DNA of 56,273 nucleotides, counting the filler, from Basidiobolus ranarum (lineage: Eukaryota), in assembly GCA_040143965.1 (NCBI GenBank). It is 6 parts of 6 records of this genome, joined end to end, with 100 filler letters (N's around TTAATTAATTAA, not from the genome) between each part and the next. Parts side by side here need not be neighbours in the genome. Positions count along the whole stretch, not along the records: positions 1 to 9,318 come from JASJQH010000842.1; positions 9,419 to 18,730 come from JASJQH010000843.1; 4 more parts are not named here. One strand, 5' to 3'. The notes below the pieces were generated by a model. That model saw only the letters and a program-made list of their open reading frames with translations. It was not told where the DNA came from and searched no databases. The translations under genes were made by a program, and so were the position numbers. Shown piece by piece: positions 1 through 14,499 of the stretch. Positions within the stretch are counted from its first letter, which is position 1. Every line of letters starts with the position of its first letter.

Positions 1-1281
1 ATTAATCCCCCCTCCCTCTCCCTACAATTCATTGTATTTGTTTTCTTAGAAGATGTCTTTTTATTAAATCATTTCAAATCATATTGCAAGGACCAAGTTG
101 ATGCTTGCTTTGAGTTGCTCACATATATATTGAAAATATACAGTATATTTCTTCTCTTTTATTGAGCATAATAATGCTATATACACTAGCGCTCATAACA
201 GATTCCCTTTTTTGCATGCATTTTTAAAATGATCGTATTTGTGCATTCACTTCATGATTCAACTTGATATTTATCATACTGCTTAACCAGAGCCCAATCA
301 CATTCGTTAATATTGTGAAGATGATTCCACTACTTTTGGTGATGTTATCTACCCCTGTATTAATTACAATCAATGAACTAGTTTCGAACTGAACATATTT
401 TTGCCACAAGAATTCTACATTGTTTGCTATATTTCTAATTACTCTATTATATAAGATCCAAGTTTAGACCATATGGTTGTGGCCACTGCAGGTTTCATAT
501 GAATGTTGTTTACTAACACCAAATAAATCACTCAGAACTAATCAATGATGAATTCTGAAAAGTCTATCAATTCATCAGATTCTCATAACTATTAGATACT
601 TCAAAGATATAAAAAAGAGGTTTGTGAGTAATTTATACACTGAATATTACTCCTAAAATAGCTCCTTCAACAAATATTTTATATCATATGTAGCATGCTC
701 ATGAATAAAATGTTATGATCTAAAATTAATATAGTTGAACATGTTGGAAGTGACATAGCTTAAGTATCTATATAGTCATATAGTTAGCTACCAAAATTTC
801 ACTAGGTTATTATTCAATTTCTTCAGGAGGAATTTACTAACAGTGTTTTTACCATCTTGGAAGTTGGAAGATTATTTGATTTTTTTGTTTATCACTCAAA
901 AATTTAGCATGTTAAATTGGGCCTAGCCATGTTTGAGCATCTTGTCATTTCAAAAATTCATGCAAACAAAATGAATCCATTATAAGCGCTAGTGTATATA
1001 TTCTTAAATCAAGTTCTCTATAATTTTGTCCAGCTTAATTTAGCGATACCCAGCACTCTTAGACATGATCAGTTGTATTCTATTCTATTGAGTCAAGGCC
1101 CGATAAACCCTGACCTGATAGAACAAGTCTAGTAAAAGGAAACTTGTCAAAATCAACATGTGGCTTTGTGGTTCAAGTGAATACAAAATTTATTGGTGGT
1201 TACAATGAGTAAATGAGGTCAGGACGTTCGATAATTATATATACTAAATGCAAGATAATAAGTGTGAATGCAGAATGCTGC

Positions 1282-2998
1282 TTAGTATGATTCAGTCTTC
1301 TGATCATTTCTTTCTTCTAATCTTTTACGTTTGATCTCGTCATCAAGGCTATCGTAATGCTTGAAGAAGTACCAGAAGAGGATTCCAACTACAAAGCAAG
1401 CGATGGCTACACCACCATACATCCAAGTAAGATAGGGATCCTTAGACACGGGTGAAAGGAAGATACCAATAAGTGCAGAGAAGGCATTGGGTAAGAGAGA
1501 CATGGCTGAAACCATACCCTTGAGAGAGTCAGGTGCGTGGGTGTACGAGTATTCGAGTGATGTGACACTGGCGAAAATCTCGGAAAGGGCAATGAGAACA
1601 TAGGCAGGAATTTGCCACCAGACATTGAGAAGAGGCAAGCCGTTGTCACGACGTCTGTAGATCTCATTTTGAACAATTGATGATGCGGCCATAGCAAGTG
1701 CTCCAAGCATGAAACCCAAGAAGATACGAGTCATGGGACGAGGGTTCATATTCAACTTTCTCAAGAATGGATAGACAAACAGATCCATGCATGGAATGAA
1801 GATAACCAAGGCGATAGGATCGATGTTGGTGATAATATCATTGGGAAGACCATCTGGAAGTGCCATGTCGGCTGCTTGTGAGATCAAGTTCGAGGTGATC
1901 TGATTGTAGGAAATCCAGTAAACTGTCATGGGAATGAAAATCTTGCATGCCATAATGGTTTGTTTCAAATCATCAACGAAACGATCATCCCAACGCTTGA
2001 CTGATTTTTCATGCTCGGTTTCAGCGGGAAACCCTTCGCACTCACTCTTAGCAGCATCCAAGACAGATGCAGGCTTGATGGTGGCCTTGGAGGCACGCTT
2101 GTGAGCATACTTGTAGCAATGATACCCTTTGACGAGTGCAGATTCACCACTGGGAGGAACCTTATGGTAAAGCTTGTTACCAGAAACAAACACAACAATG
2201 GCAACAGCGAACATGCAAGTGGGAACTAGATAGGAAAGCCAGAAGCCAACGTGGAGTTCAAGTTGTGGAGTGACAATACCACCAATCAAGGATCCAACAT
2301 TGATAGCCCAGTAGAACCAATTGTACAAATGCTGCGCATTGAGTTCGGGGTCAACAACAACACGCTCACCCTTGATCACTCGAACCTCCAACTCCTTCTG
2401 GTTATACTGATCAGCAGCCATGGGTGATACGAGAGGCTTGATACCACCAGTACCCAAACCGATAACAATCAAGGAGACAATGTAACCTGGGTAGCCAGCG
2501 GTGTCGATAATCGAAGGAATGGCTGTCACTGTGACAATGAGCCAACCAACCATGTAAATAATGGAGAAGATGAGGATAGTCTTGTACTTTCCGAGGTACT
2601 GATCAGAGATCACAGCACCAACCAATGGTGTCAGGTAGCAAAAGAAGGTGAAGAATTGCTTCAAAGCGGTCGATGTGGCTTGACCTTTGCCCAAAGCTCC
2701 AGCTTGTTTGGGGTTGCCAGCGGGAAACTGGACATAATTTGTGAAAGGAGCAGATCCTCCATAGTAAGCAAAACGTTCACAGAACTCGTCTATGGAAGAA
2801 ATGCACAATTAGGATCTAATTTTGCGAAGAAAAATTGCAAGTGAGAATATACATACTGACGATGACAAACCAAGCAGCAATTGGAATTTTGTCGGCTACT
2901 CGGCGTAGTCCTTGGAAATCCTCTTCAGAATAAGATTGAGTCAATCCCTCTTCGTGACCAACTTCACGTCTGTCGACTTTCACGTCCTTTAGCGACAT
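1282..2998 (-). CDS. PTR2: Proton-dependent oligopeptide transporter (POT/PTR family), copy A. Exons 2857-2998 and 1282-2789, ~549 aa
   Basis: Removing intron 2790-2856 (GTATGT...CCATAG) restores IVNEFCERFAYYG, the ExxERFxYYG signature. GLGTGGIKP and FYWAINVGSL PTR motifs and multiple hydrophobic helices are present. Confidence 0.95.
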
Positions 2999-4157
2999 AC
3001 TGGTTTAGAACTGAAAGGCTATGGAAAAGGTAGGCGAAAGAAGAGGAGGAATAAGAGAGATTGTTGGATGCTGATTTTTTTTACAATTGTCCAAGCTTAA
3101 TTTTATACTACCAAGTGCCGATAATTTGTGGTCATGCGACTAGTGAAGATGATATTGGTTATTTCGTGTAACGTTAAACTCCAGTGCCTGATTAAAAGGC
3201 TAATCAAAAACCTTTCTTCCGAAATCCATCGTGGATTCTTTGGATATAGTTGGGATTTCTCTTTAAATGATCGTAATTCCTAAATAGTAGCTACATACGC
3301 AGATACAGATAACACGGGATGTGATTAATTCGGGGCTGGGATGAAGTAAGGAAGCCATAAAGGGAATGATTAAATAACCCTAACTGTAGTTTAAAATCGA
3401 ATCAACCTTAGTAGTAGTATATTGAGCGATGAATGGGGTTGAGAAGATGTTCATGAGATGCCCCGCAAGAATCATAGTGAGTGTAAAGTACCGTTTCTAC
3501 CAATCACACTAGGGCCATATCTTTAGAAATGGCTTGGCTTCATCGCTAAAAACGCAGTAGTGAGTGACAAAAACTTGTTGATGGACCGTGTGAGAATATA
3601 TTGAATTGGAAATTTTCACCATTGAGCTTATGAAACATGTACTCCCGTGAAAAAAGAATTTTAGATCTCGTGGAAAAAACTGCTTGATAAGACTATTATT
3701 AGCACCACTGGGCAAATGTCATATGCCAGCTGATCTTTAGTGCTTTTAAACCTCGGACTCGAACGTTCGATTATGGTGTGAACTATTCTACAAAGAATAA
3801 TATTTTTTCGACTTCTTGAAGCTTCAGCCCTTTTTGAGTCTTTAACTGTAAGCGGTACAGCAACATTTAATCCGATAATTTTGCCCTAACCTTATGGATC
3901 TGTAGTACTGGACAGGATCAGTCCAGTCCAATTGTAATTACACAAGTCTCCATGGATTAAGAATTCACACGATCGATTTGATTTATTTCGGATTGGTGTT
4001 GCCAAAAAAAGATGAATGTTGGGTCACTGATATGAAAACGATGTTGTACAAATTACCAAATATGGATACTAACGTGAATGGACAAATTTTACAGAATATA
4101 GTGATATTAAGGATTCAATATAGTAGAGCAGAACAAGCATCCAGTGCTCAAATCTCT

Positions 4158-5880
4158 CTATTTTAGATCAAATGATTCTGTTGTTACTTCCTTTCCCCTG
4201 TCTAATCTTTGTCGCTTGATCTCGTCATCAAGGCTATCATAGTGTTTGAAGAAGTACCAGAAGAGGATTCCAACTACAAAGCAAGCGATGGCTACACCAC
4301 CATACATCCAAGTAAGATAGGGATCCTTAGACACGGGTGAAAGGAAGATACCAATAAGTGCAGAGAAGGCATTGGGCAAGAGAGCCATGGCTGAAACCAT
4401 ACCCTTGAGAGAGTCAGGTGCGTGGGTGTACGAGTATTCGAGTGATGTGACACTGGCGAAAATCTCGGAAAGGGCAATGAGAATATAGGCAGGAATTTGC
4501 CACCAGACATTGAGAAGAGGCAAGCCATTGTCACGACGTCTGTAGATCTCATTTTGAACAATTGATGATGCGGCCATAGCAAGTGCTCCAAGCATGAAGC
4601 CCAAGAAGATACGAGTCATGGGACGAGGGTTCATATTCAACTTTCTCAAGAATGGATAGACAAACAGATCCATGCATGGAATGAAGATAACCAAGGCGAT
4701 AGGATCGATGTTGGTGATAATATCATTGGGAAGACCATCTGGAAGTGCCATGTCGGCTGCTTGTGAGATCAAGTTCGAGGTGATCTGATTGTAGGAAATC
4801 CAGTATACTGTCATGGGAATGAAAATCTTGCATGCCATAATGGTTTGTTTCAAATCATCAACGAAACGATCATCCCAACGCTTGACTGATTTTTCATGCT
4901 CGGTTTCAGCGGGAACTCCTTCACACTCACTCTTGGCAGCATCCAAGACAGATGCAGGCTTGATAGTGGCCTTGGAGGCACGCTTGTGAGCATACTTGTA
5001 GCAATGATACCCTTTGACGAGTGCAGATTCACCACTGGGAGGAACCTTATGGTAAAGCTTGTTACCAGAAACAAACACAACAATGGCAACAGCGAACATG
5101 CAAGTGGGAACTAGATAGGAAAGCCAGAAGCCAACGTGGAGTTCAAGTTGTGGAGTGACAATACCACCAATCAAGGATCCAACATTGATAGCCCAGTAGA
5201 ACCAATTGTACAAATGCTGCGCATTGAGTTCGGGGTCAACAACAACACGCTCACCCTTGATCACTCGAACCTCCAACTCCTTCTGGTTATACTGATCAGC
5301 AGCCATGGGTGATACGAGAGGCTTGATACCACCGGTACCCAGACCGATAACAATCAAGGAGACAATGTAACCTGGGTAGCCAGCGGTGTCGATAATCGAA
5401 GGAATGGCTGTCCCTGTGACAATGAGCCAACCAACCATGTAAATAATGGAGAAGATGAGGATAGTCTTGTACTTTCCGAGGTACTGATCAGAGATCACAG
5501 CACCAACCAATGGTGTCAGGTAGCAAAAGAAGGTGAAGAATTGCTTCAAAGCGGTCGATGTGGCTTGACCTTTGCCCAAAGCTCCAGCTTGTTTAGGGTC
5601 ACCAGCGGGGAACTGGACATAATTTGTGAAAGGAGCAGATCCTCCATAGTAAGCAAAACGTTCACAGAACTCGTCTATGGAAGAAATGCACAATTAGGAT
5701 CTAATTTTGCGAAGAAAAATTGCAAGTGAGAATATACATACTGATGACGATAAACCAAGCAGCAATTGGAATTCTGTCGGCTACTCGGGGTAATCCATCA
5801 ATATCATGTGGACTGTGCTGTGTTAGGTCTTCCTCATGAGCAATGTCACGACTATCGACTTTCAAATCTTTACTGGTCAT
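4158..5880 (-). CDS. PTR2: Proton-dependent oligopeptide transporter (POT/PTR family), copy B. Exons 5742-5880 and 4158-5674, ~551 aa
   Basis: Tandem paralog of copy A, offset 2885 bp at the intron. Intron 5675-5741; same motifs. Confidence 0.95.
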
Positions 5881-8800
5881 TGGTGACTCTATATTAATGT
5901 GGAACAATACAAATGAAAGCAAGAGAGGAACAAAAAGCAGATTATTTGTAAAACTTGTGGTCGGATTATCAGGTTCTTATATTCAAGGGTACCACTCTTT
6001 GGAGATGGAAATGGATCACGTCATTTATTTTTTTGGACGAGTAGGGAGTCTCGGAAACAAAATGAATTCAACAGGTCAAATATATTAAGAATCCAGACAT
6101 TCCCATTTTATTTTAAAGTACAGTTTTTACTGAAATAAAGACCGCATAGATATTTTATCCGGCAGAAAGTGAATTAACCGTTTTGGACAGTTATAGAATG
6201 TTCCCATTTTAGAAGATTATACTATGGCTATGTGAAGTAAAGTTCGTCTGTAGCTCGTCTTGATTATAATTCCTTCCCTTGGACATATCAGAGGTAAAAG
6301 AGTCCCACGCTTTGTTTAACTTCAAGAACACAGAATCCAGAGCCCTGTTAAAGTTTCCCACCTTCAGAAATACTCCCAACCTTTGACATACACGTTGCGA
6401 TCGTGGGATATCCTGGCATGCAATCACTTACATATTACTTTATCAGTCACTGACTATATCTCCAAAAGTAGAGAATCCCTGAGTATTCTAAAAAGGGAAT
6501 TTTTACTCTACCTATTGCTATATCAGTCATGTGAGTCAGTAAAGCCTTGGATCGTTGTGCGCCTGATTCGGCGGAATAACTGAATTATGGTCACCCCGAC
6601 TAATTGTTACCTAATCTCCAGTAAATCACTCATTAACACATGCGGAGAAACGAGCAATAACCGATCTTGATAAGGCGATGCACATAAGTGTACTACTCTT
6701 GTAATTGGGATTGTTTGTGTTTGCTCGAAACACGATATTTTACTCCAATTTGAAACACGGCACTTTTCTTATATTGAGCGAAAGACAACTAGAGATGACA
6801 GTCTAGAGAATGTCATCGACTTTCCCTGGCCAGGGCCATCTTGCTAATAGAACATTGTCGAGGCTTTCTACCAAATTCAACACGGAATGACTCTTGCATA
6901 ATATCAACCCAAAACCATAATCTGGTAACCATAATATTCACTAGATTCATGTCATTCGAAAGCTAGAAGTGTCTATTTCCATTTTAGTATCCAGGGTTTA
7001 TATCCATGGAGTCCATGTGATCACGCTTCTTCAATTCTTGGATGCCCTTTTGTAATGGACAGTTCCAACCTTCCCTTAGGGTAGCTAGCTCTTACGCTTT
7101 ATGACTCATGGAAACCCAGAGCTGCTCTGCTGGCTTGCTTCTATCATTTTTCTGGATGTTCACAAGGCTGGTATGGGCAACAAATCCACCTTACATCCCG
7201 TTTTGGTTTGATATATAGTCCCAAATAGGAAGATATCATGTGCCTTAAAAGCTTATCACTGTGTAGTCATTAAACTGAATACTCAAGGTGCTTAATGGAA
7301 AAAAGCTTGCCGGGGGCTTCTCAAGGTTTGTCCGTATTCTGATGTTCATAACCAATTTCTACTACGGCTCCAAAGAGGACATATTATTGTGGATAATTGT
7401 AGTCCGACTGTTTGATGTGTCATCATAGCACGTCTATGTTAAATTCTATGCTTCCGTGTTCAACCGATGAAAAAACCCTTTGAAGTGATCATCCAATGAT
7501 CGTCAAGTCATTCAATTATATCACAAATATCGTTTGCACCTGACTTGGAGCTGTTTACAAATAAGGCAAGTATTATCATCCCCATCGTAGGCATATATAG
7601 GCTTATATTAGTTATTCCTATATATATATTCACCAATTTATCTATTGCGGTTTCCATTATGCTTGATAGGCTCAGTTGATAAGCAAACTATCTAGTTTTG
7701 TAATCCTAGGAATTTAATGGTTTACAGGAATGTAATGGTTTACATCCAATAAGCGAGTGAATATAGGGTTGTTACTTTTTAATTACTACTTGTGGTAGGT
7801 TATTGCGATGATATGGTTAGAAGGCAGAGAAGATAGTAAGTTGCGTATATTCTGGTGAAGGGGATGTCAATGAAAACCATCAAACCTGTCCTCATTTATG
7901 GAACTATTCTAATATGTCATTTTGCTGTTTTAATTGGGACTAGTTGACCTAAGTCTATGGAGATCATAGGTAAGTTCCAATCTTAAAATCTCTATCAAAT
8001 CATTTGTAGATATGGATGTTGGAACATAATGTGATCAAAAGTATTGGCATCTGGATCCCAAGTTTATAGATTTTACTCTTTTCCGAGGTGATAGGAAGTA
8101 CTTGAACTCTATTTGGTATTGAAAAACATCAAAATCCAGTAAGGATTGAATTCCATGCATTGTTGAAATGCTAACTAAATGTCAGTAAATATATATGTAC
8201 TATGTGTATGTTCTGAGTATTTGAAGTAACTCTCATTTGAAATATAACTGCCAAAAATCCCCCAAATTGCTCTCCGACTTTCCAAGCACTCATCACCTTT
8301 TTTGCATGTACACTGTTATCACAACAACCTAAAGGTCGATCAAGGTATTTACTCATATGGCATAGTTTGCATGTAAATTACTATCTTTGTGAGTAGCGCA
8401 GTATTTGAGTTTCTAGCCACTTTGCTATCAATGACTGAGTGACACTTTGATTGCTCTCTCTGGAATAGCTACAGCGTTCCTCTAGTATTCCCCAGCAGGT
8501 GCTATTGTTGTTTACTGTATCTATGTCTATCATCATAATTAGCTATATCAATGCTTCACAACTTCAGCGTTCACACTTTTAGCCCAATCAACTGGAGACC
8601 TATTGGGATAGACACTCGTAAACATATTAAATAACTATTGTGCAAAACTCTCCATATTGCCACAACGTACAAATACTGCTAAATTACAAGGCAAAGCCTC
8701 TTAAAATATAAAGAATTCCAAGTGTATCATCCATCTGGTACAATATAATCAAATTCAAATTGTCCATTTATTGAGTGATTAAAAGCTGTAAGAAATTTGG

Positions 8801-9318
8801 TGTTTTGTTTGTTTGTGGCAACTGACTGTGAGTATTGCAAAATGTAATAACAATGCTTACTATACAAGAGAGATATTTCATTTTTGCACTAATAGTATAA
8901 GCAAATAGCTGGTAAATGTATAAGTCTGTTGAGATATGAGAGTTAAGCACTTAAGTTCTCATATTGAGTACATTATGTATATTTTTTTGGATATTTAGGC
9001 AGTCCAAATCTTTTCATATGTCTTAGCACTTCTCCAAATTATTTCTAAAAGATTATTATTTAAACTGATCCAATTACTATTTTTTTCTTTGAAATTATCC
9101 TTAACACTGCCAATTAGAAGTATTCCGAGAATGCAACATTATATCGAAATTTGTAACTACTTCATTTTTACTTGCCTAACTTGCACAATCCAATTGAGAA
9201 TATGAATCGCTCTGATGCAGAGTATTCCATAATAGCTCTAAGTATTCGTCAATCATTACAACCAAGATTATTGTAACAAATAGGGATGAAAGTGTCCTAT
9301 ATAAATAACGTCAGATTG

Positions 9319-9418
9319 NNNNNNNNNNNNNNNNNNNNNNNNNNNNNNNNNNNNNNNNNNNNTTAATTAATTAANNNNNNNNNNNNNNNNNNNNNNNNNN
9401 NNNNNNNNNNNNNNNNNN
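9319..9418. other. Artificial contig-joining linker (N44-TTAATTAATTAA-N44)
   Basis: Identical 100-bp spacer with stops in all six frames; occurs five times in the window. Confidence 0.98.
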
Positions 9419-12400
9419 ATATTGAACTCCGGCTAAAGAGTCGATCGTCTTACGTAGAGAATCTTCATCTTCTGTGTAACAGGGCACTTGGCAAATGACA
9501 AATTTATCTAGATCTTCTGGTCTCCGTTTCGAAGTTAACTGCAGAGCTGCTAAGAATTTGACTACAATGGCAGCGCAAAGAATGATAGCAAATGCAACCG
9601 GAATCCAATAGGCAACTTTACATTTAACACTTTCTCTGGTATCAACAAGTCCAACGTAAAATTGCTTATTGAGACAGTTCATGATATACGGATACTCCTC
9701 TTTGCTTTTAAAGAAATTATTCCATCTCTCGGTGATATCAACTGATCCAGAATTCTCATTGAAAATCATCTTGACATTCTTATCCATAAATTCGAATGCT
9801 GGCGTCTCTATGGCAGTTTTAATATATACAGTGAGATCATAAACTCGACCGTTAATAACTTTCCACTTCCGGTAACCCATCTGGGAGTTCTCATTTAATG
9901 TCTTCATGTCATACACTAAGTCACCTTTTTTCATTCGACCTAGTCTAGGTAAAGCAGTAGTGTAAAACCATTGAGGATCATCCATGGCACTAGGGACTGC
10001 TGAGGTCTGCCCGATTGTATGATCTGCCCGAACTGGAGGAGGATTAGAGGTATCATTGACGGCAAACTTGAACGTAGTAGGAATTGTAAAGCCAGGGCAG
10101 GTGACACCAATAGGTATGGAAAAAGAATAGTCTACAGCATTTCCAGGGTATTGAAAATATGGTTGAAAATCTTCCAGAGTGACTCCGGTGGGCTTGTTTG
10201 TGGTGTGGCCATGACCCTGTTTAATGAAGTTGCTAACATCGTATACCATACCCTTGAGACTAACAAATTCATCGCCTGTACCTGTGTGGTAGCCGACATC
10301 TTGAAGAGTATAATAATATACCCGCGGGCATAAAATCAATCCAAGTCCAATAATGAAGAACATCATAATTCCCCACATCAAGAGGATGAGAATGCACAAA
10401 GCGACCTTTTCTCTCCATGCAATTTGAACGTCTGGACGCTTCATCCCACACATTGAGATCATGAATGTAGGAATCCACCATGTCAAAGCCCAGGTAAGAC
10501 ACATCCAACTACGACGACCCTTTGTCATCGGTCTATCCTCTTCAACAGGGGCTGGGATGGCCTTCACTTCTTGAGCTTTCTGCAACTCAATATCACCAGC
10601 AAACACATTTCCAGCCTCGTTTTTGGATCCACGCTCGCTTCCATAAGCACTTGCTTCATCTTCACCATAATGCCCATACCCACCGCGAGTTGGAACCGAC
10701 TTGTTACCTTGGTAATCCTCCTCGCTGTAATAACTAGCATTGTCCTCAAAATAGCCCGATACAGTTTCGGATCCATATTTGGGTGGATTGAGATAGGCGC
10801 CAGGATGTGCAGCACCACGACTAGTCTGGTGATTAAATCCAGAAGCCAAGGACTCATCATCTCGAATACCATCTCCTACATTTCTAACCTTATGTGCAGC
10901 CCTCTCCTCCTTTTCCATGGATCGAAGACTATCTTCTAATTCCTTCCATACTTGTTCACTAAGGAAGACGCGACTAGAGCTTCCGATAGAAAGATCATAA
11001 TCTTTCCAACCACTGATCATTTTGACTGCTTCAATTTTTTCTCTAGGATCACGAGTATTATCCAGGTCCAATTGCTCAAATATTGAATCATATCGTTCAA
11101 GGAACTCGGCATATTGGAAACTAGCGGTGAAGTCAGTAACTAATCTGGATGTAATGGAGTTCAAAAGATAGGTGCGTAGTTGAGCGGTTACTAATTTTGG
11201 ATCGAACCGGCCACTAGCCTGCTGCTCATTTGACTTGATCAGGATCATAAGCCATACATGCGTTTCGTCGATAGTACCAAAAATATCTGAAAGAGTGGAG
11301 TTGAGTTGCTTGAGTACGGTGGTAGACTTTTGACTCTTTGACTCTTTGTTTTCGGGACTAGGTCTCTTCTTGTAGCGTCTACTTGGCTGTCTCATTGGCT
11401 TAGTAGGTTGTTGTGCCGAAACGATAGTATCTTTACTACGAGGATGGCTTTCTGTGGCAATAGCAGCGCTACTGAATAATTCGGTAACGAAGGCATTGGT
11501 GCATGGTTGAACACCACGGAAGAGAGTCACGAAATCAGCATCTAGGACATCGCGATTCTTTTCAACGAATTTATCGAGGCTGTATTGGACAGTTCCTGCA
11601 TAGTGATTGATACCAAATTCCGAACCATGTGGAGAGGTGCGGAAAGATGAATGACGACTGAATGAATTATTCAAGCCCAATACCAAATTGGTAGTGTCTT
11701 CATTGGATTCTTCTTGGCAAACTTCCTCTAAGTAATCAATCATGCTATCCCCATTTCCGCACAATAGCTCAATACATCCGGAATTATCCATATAGGCCAA
11801 TTCTGGAAGTGTGATATTCTCCTCTCTAAGCTCAGCGTTAATGCCAACACTATAATCGAAGATACGGTGTAGTATCATATTGTGAACTTTTTCATTGGCG
11901 AAATTCATACAGAATTGTTCAAAATTGTTTTCTTTTGAAGCCTGGAAGCCGAACTGATCCAAGATACCGATGAAGTTGGATGGTTCTTCATGACAAATAC
12001 GAGTGTTGATGGCTTCAACGATCCAAGTGAACATAAGAGAATATAGAGCACGGGAAAGAGCGTCTCGTTGCTCGGCCGCGCCCCTTGCATCCAGAAATAC
12101 AGTACAAACATCCTTGCCGATATACTTGGATTTGAAAATGAGGGTATCCATTAAGGCGGAGGTAGAAACACCAAGACCCTCGGCGATTTGTTCGAGTACA
12201 TCCATATTCTTAATGGAGCAGGACTCTTCACCTGTATTGTCATCGACAAAGATAAGAGTTCCTAACTGAAGAATAGTTGCTAAAAGACGAAAGATTTGGA
12301 CTTGAATCTTTGTCTTCAATCCTAACCCTTTCATAGCATTTCTCAGTTCTTGGAATTTAGAAGCATCAACTTCACCATCGGCTGGATCATTTGATGTTTG

Positions 12401-13187
12401 GGAAAGATATGGGTAGTGCATAAGGTCGTGTATTCCCAGTGCGCTTCTTTCGTCAGTAGTAGCGCCTGAGAGTAAATAATAGAAGGCATTGAAGTTTCGC
12501 TCATTAACCGGGGTATCAGTGACTCTCGATTTTTCTAGTAGGTAGCTTAAGGTTTTGGCACCAATCAATTTTCCGCGAGCATTATATTGGACTTCTTGAA
12601 ACATGCCATATCTAGATGCATTATGATTAAGAGTGGTTTTGGCATTACCAAAAGCCTCCAAAACGGTCTGCGCTTGTTGAATTTGACTATGAACTTTCAC
12701 CTCTTTTTTGCCGTGAGAAGCTAATTGGCATAACTGACGAATGATACTCTTGTATGCTTCAGTTTTACCACTACCGCTTGAGCCACTATAAAATAATTAC
12801 AGGAGTATCTGATTAAAACAAGGAACTGTGACATCAAGAAGTGCTGTTCACTTACTTTAAAATGATGGTTTGGTCAATACCGCTTCTACGGAGATGTAAA
12901 TAGGCCTGGGAGGCAAGTTCAAAAATATGTGGTGGAAGTATAGGAGGACTTCCGCTAGTGTCTCTATAACAGACTTCAGCATACTGCTGGGTTAAGGCCT
13001 CATTATTTACATCTGATTGTCCAAATGGATTGACAAAGACTAGAGCAGAGCTGTTGATTTTTGTATAGTGCTCTTGATGTTCGAATCGTTCTTGTAAAAC
13101 CCGTAGAATGGTATCTTCACCGATACTTGAAAGTTGGGTCAAGTCCTCACAACTTGCACCACTTCCATTACTATATTTGCTTGTCAT
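9419..13187 (-). CDS. Chitin synthase with N-terminal myosin motor-like domain (class V/CsmA type). Exons 12856-13187 and 9419-12785; 3' truncated by the contig end
   Basis: Intron 12786-12855 (GTAAGT...TTATAG) gives ...IILNGSSGSGKT (P-loop). Also EAFGNAKT..N.NASRYG, NFEQFCMNFANEK and HYAGTVQY myosin motifs, AWREKVALC followed by TM segments, cytochrome b5-like GMVYDVS/GRVYDLT, and the start of the GT2 core (FVICQVPCYTEDEDSLRKTIDSLA). Confidence 0.95.
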
Positions 13188-14499
13188 TGTCCTTCAAATA
13201 ATATCTTTCGAGACTGAAAGATAATATTGAGGTAGAAGTATAGTGATAAATAAGCCTGGTTATGTAGCTCCGATGGTCTTTTCAATAGAACGTCTGTGTT
13301 GGAGAATAATGAAAACTACTGACACCTATTGAGTTCCAAGGTTTAGAAAGTGTGTTCGAAATCCACAAGGGAGAAATGAAGAATAGGAACTTGGACTTAT
13401 ACAATACCTAATAACTATCAATAAGAATTATATAGTCGAATATCACCTTGGTAAAAGGGTGACGATGAATAGGAAAGGAAAGAATACAATAAGTGAAAGG
13501 ACACCTAGAGTACTAGGATTAGAAGGACAAGAGAGTAAGAAAAATGGAGAGTCAGCAAAATATATTGGAACACTTGACCCACGAATAAATAGAAATTGCA
13601 ATGGAAAAGAGAGCAATTTAGCGATGGAGGTACAAATGTGCAAAAATAAAGAACTTAAAAAAAAACCATAATATGGGCCATGATGTGTTGGCACTTTTTG
13701 TATCAGTGTCTTCCCAAATATGGCCATTTCCAAAATAAAGCATTGTACCGCTTCCAAATCAAGTAATAGTGTATATTACACTAGCCCTAGGATCCGACAC
13801 TATTATGGCCAGAATTAGATTATTTCGATCCAAGAGTCCATGATTAGCAACAATTTAGGGAATATATTGTGGTATTTTCGCACTTTCTCCAGCCAACGCT
13901 CAAGGCATCTGAGCAAGTGATAAATATGGCGAATTTTAGATGAAAATATGATTCATACATTGCTGATATTGTTGTGCCACTGAGACTGGATTATCCGGTT
14001 CACTTTATCGTCAATACACCAATGGCAGTGGTTTATGGGTTAGCATTTGTCAATGGAACATTTCAGTTAAATTAAAAATAGAATACATATATATATCGGT
14101 CACTCTTACATTAATTAACATTGAAGTTCCCTTTGTTTGTGGAGATTGTCTGCCTTAGCCCCCAAATCATTCTCAAATCATTCGGTTCTGGCAATTAATA
14201 TGTCTCGATTGATGTAGGCTTAGAGTACTCTAAGATGTGACACACTTCACCTTACTAATGCTTTGATGTTACACTCGAATCTATTTCTGTCCGGCTCCCC
14301 AATAGAAATCTAGCCAAAGAGTAGCAATATTAGTTGGTGCTATACATAGTGCTTAAAAGGATTGGGGTCGGGAGCAGGAGCGGGTTATCAATGTGTGTTG
14401 ATTCAATCATTCAATCATTCAATCGTTCATCTGTAGTATCAGTCGTAGCATTGATTAGCCTCCTTTTTGATTTAACCATGATCCAATTGGACAGTTTGC

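Noticed and set aside
6960-8760. Short protein-like minus-strand frames, possibly retroelement debris
   Set aside because: Many stops and no recognisable RT, integrase or transposase motif; left unannotated.
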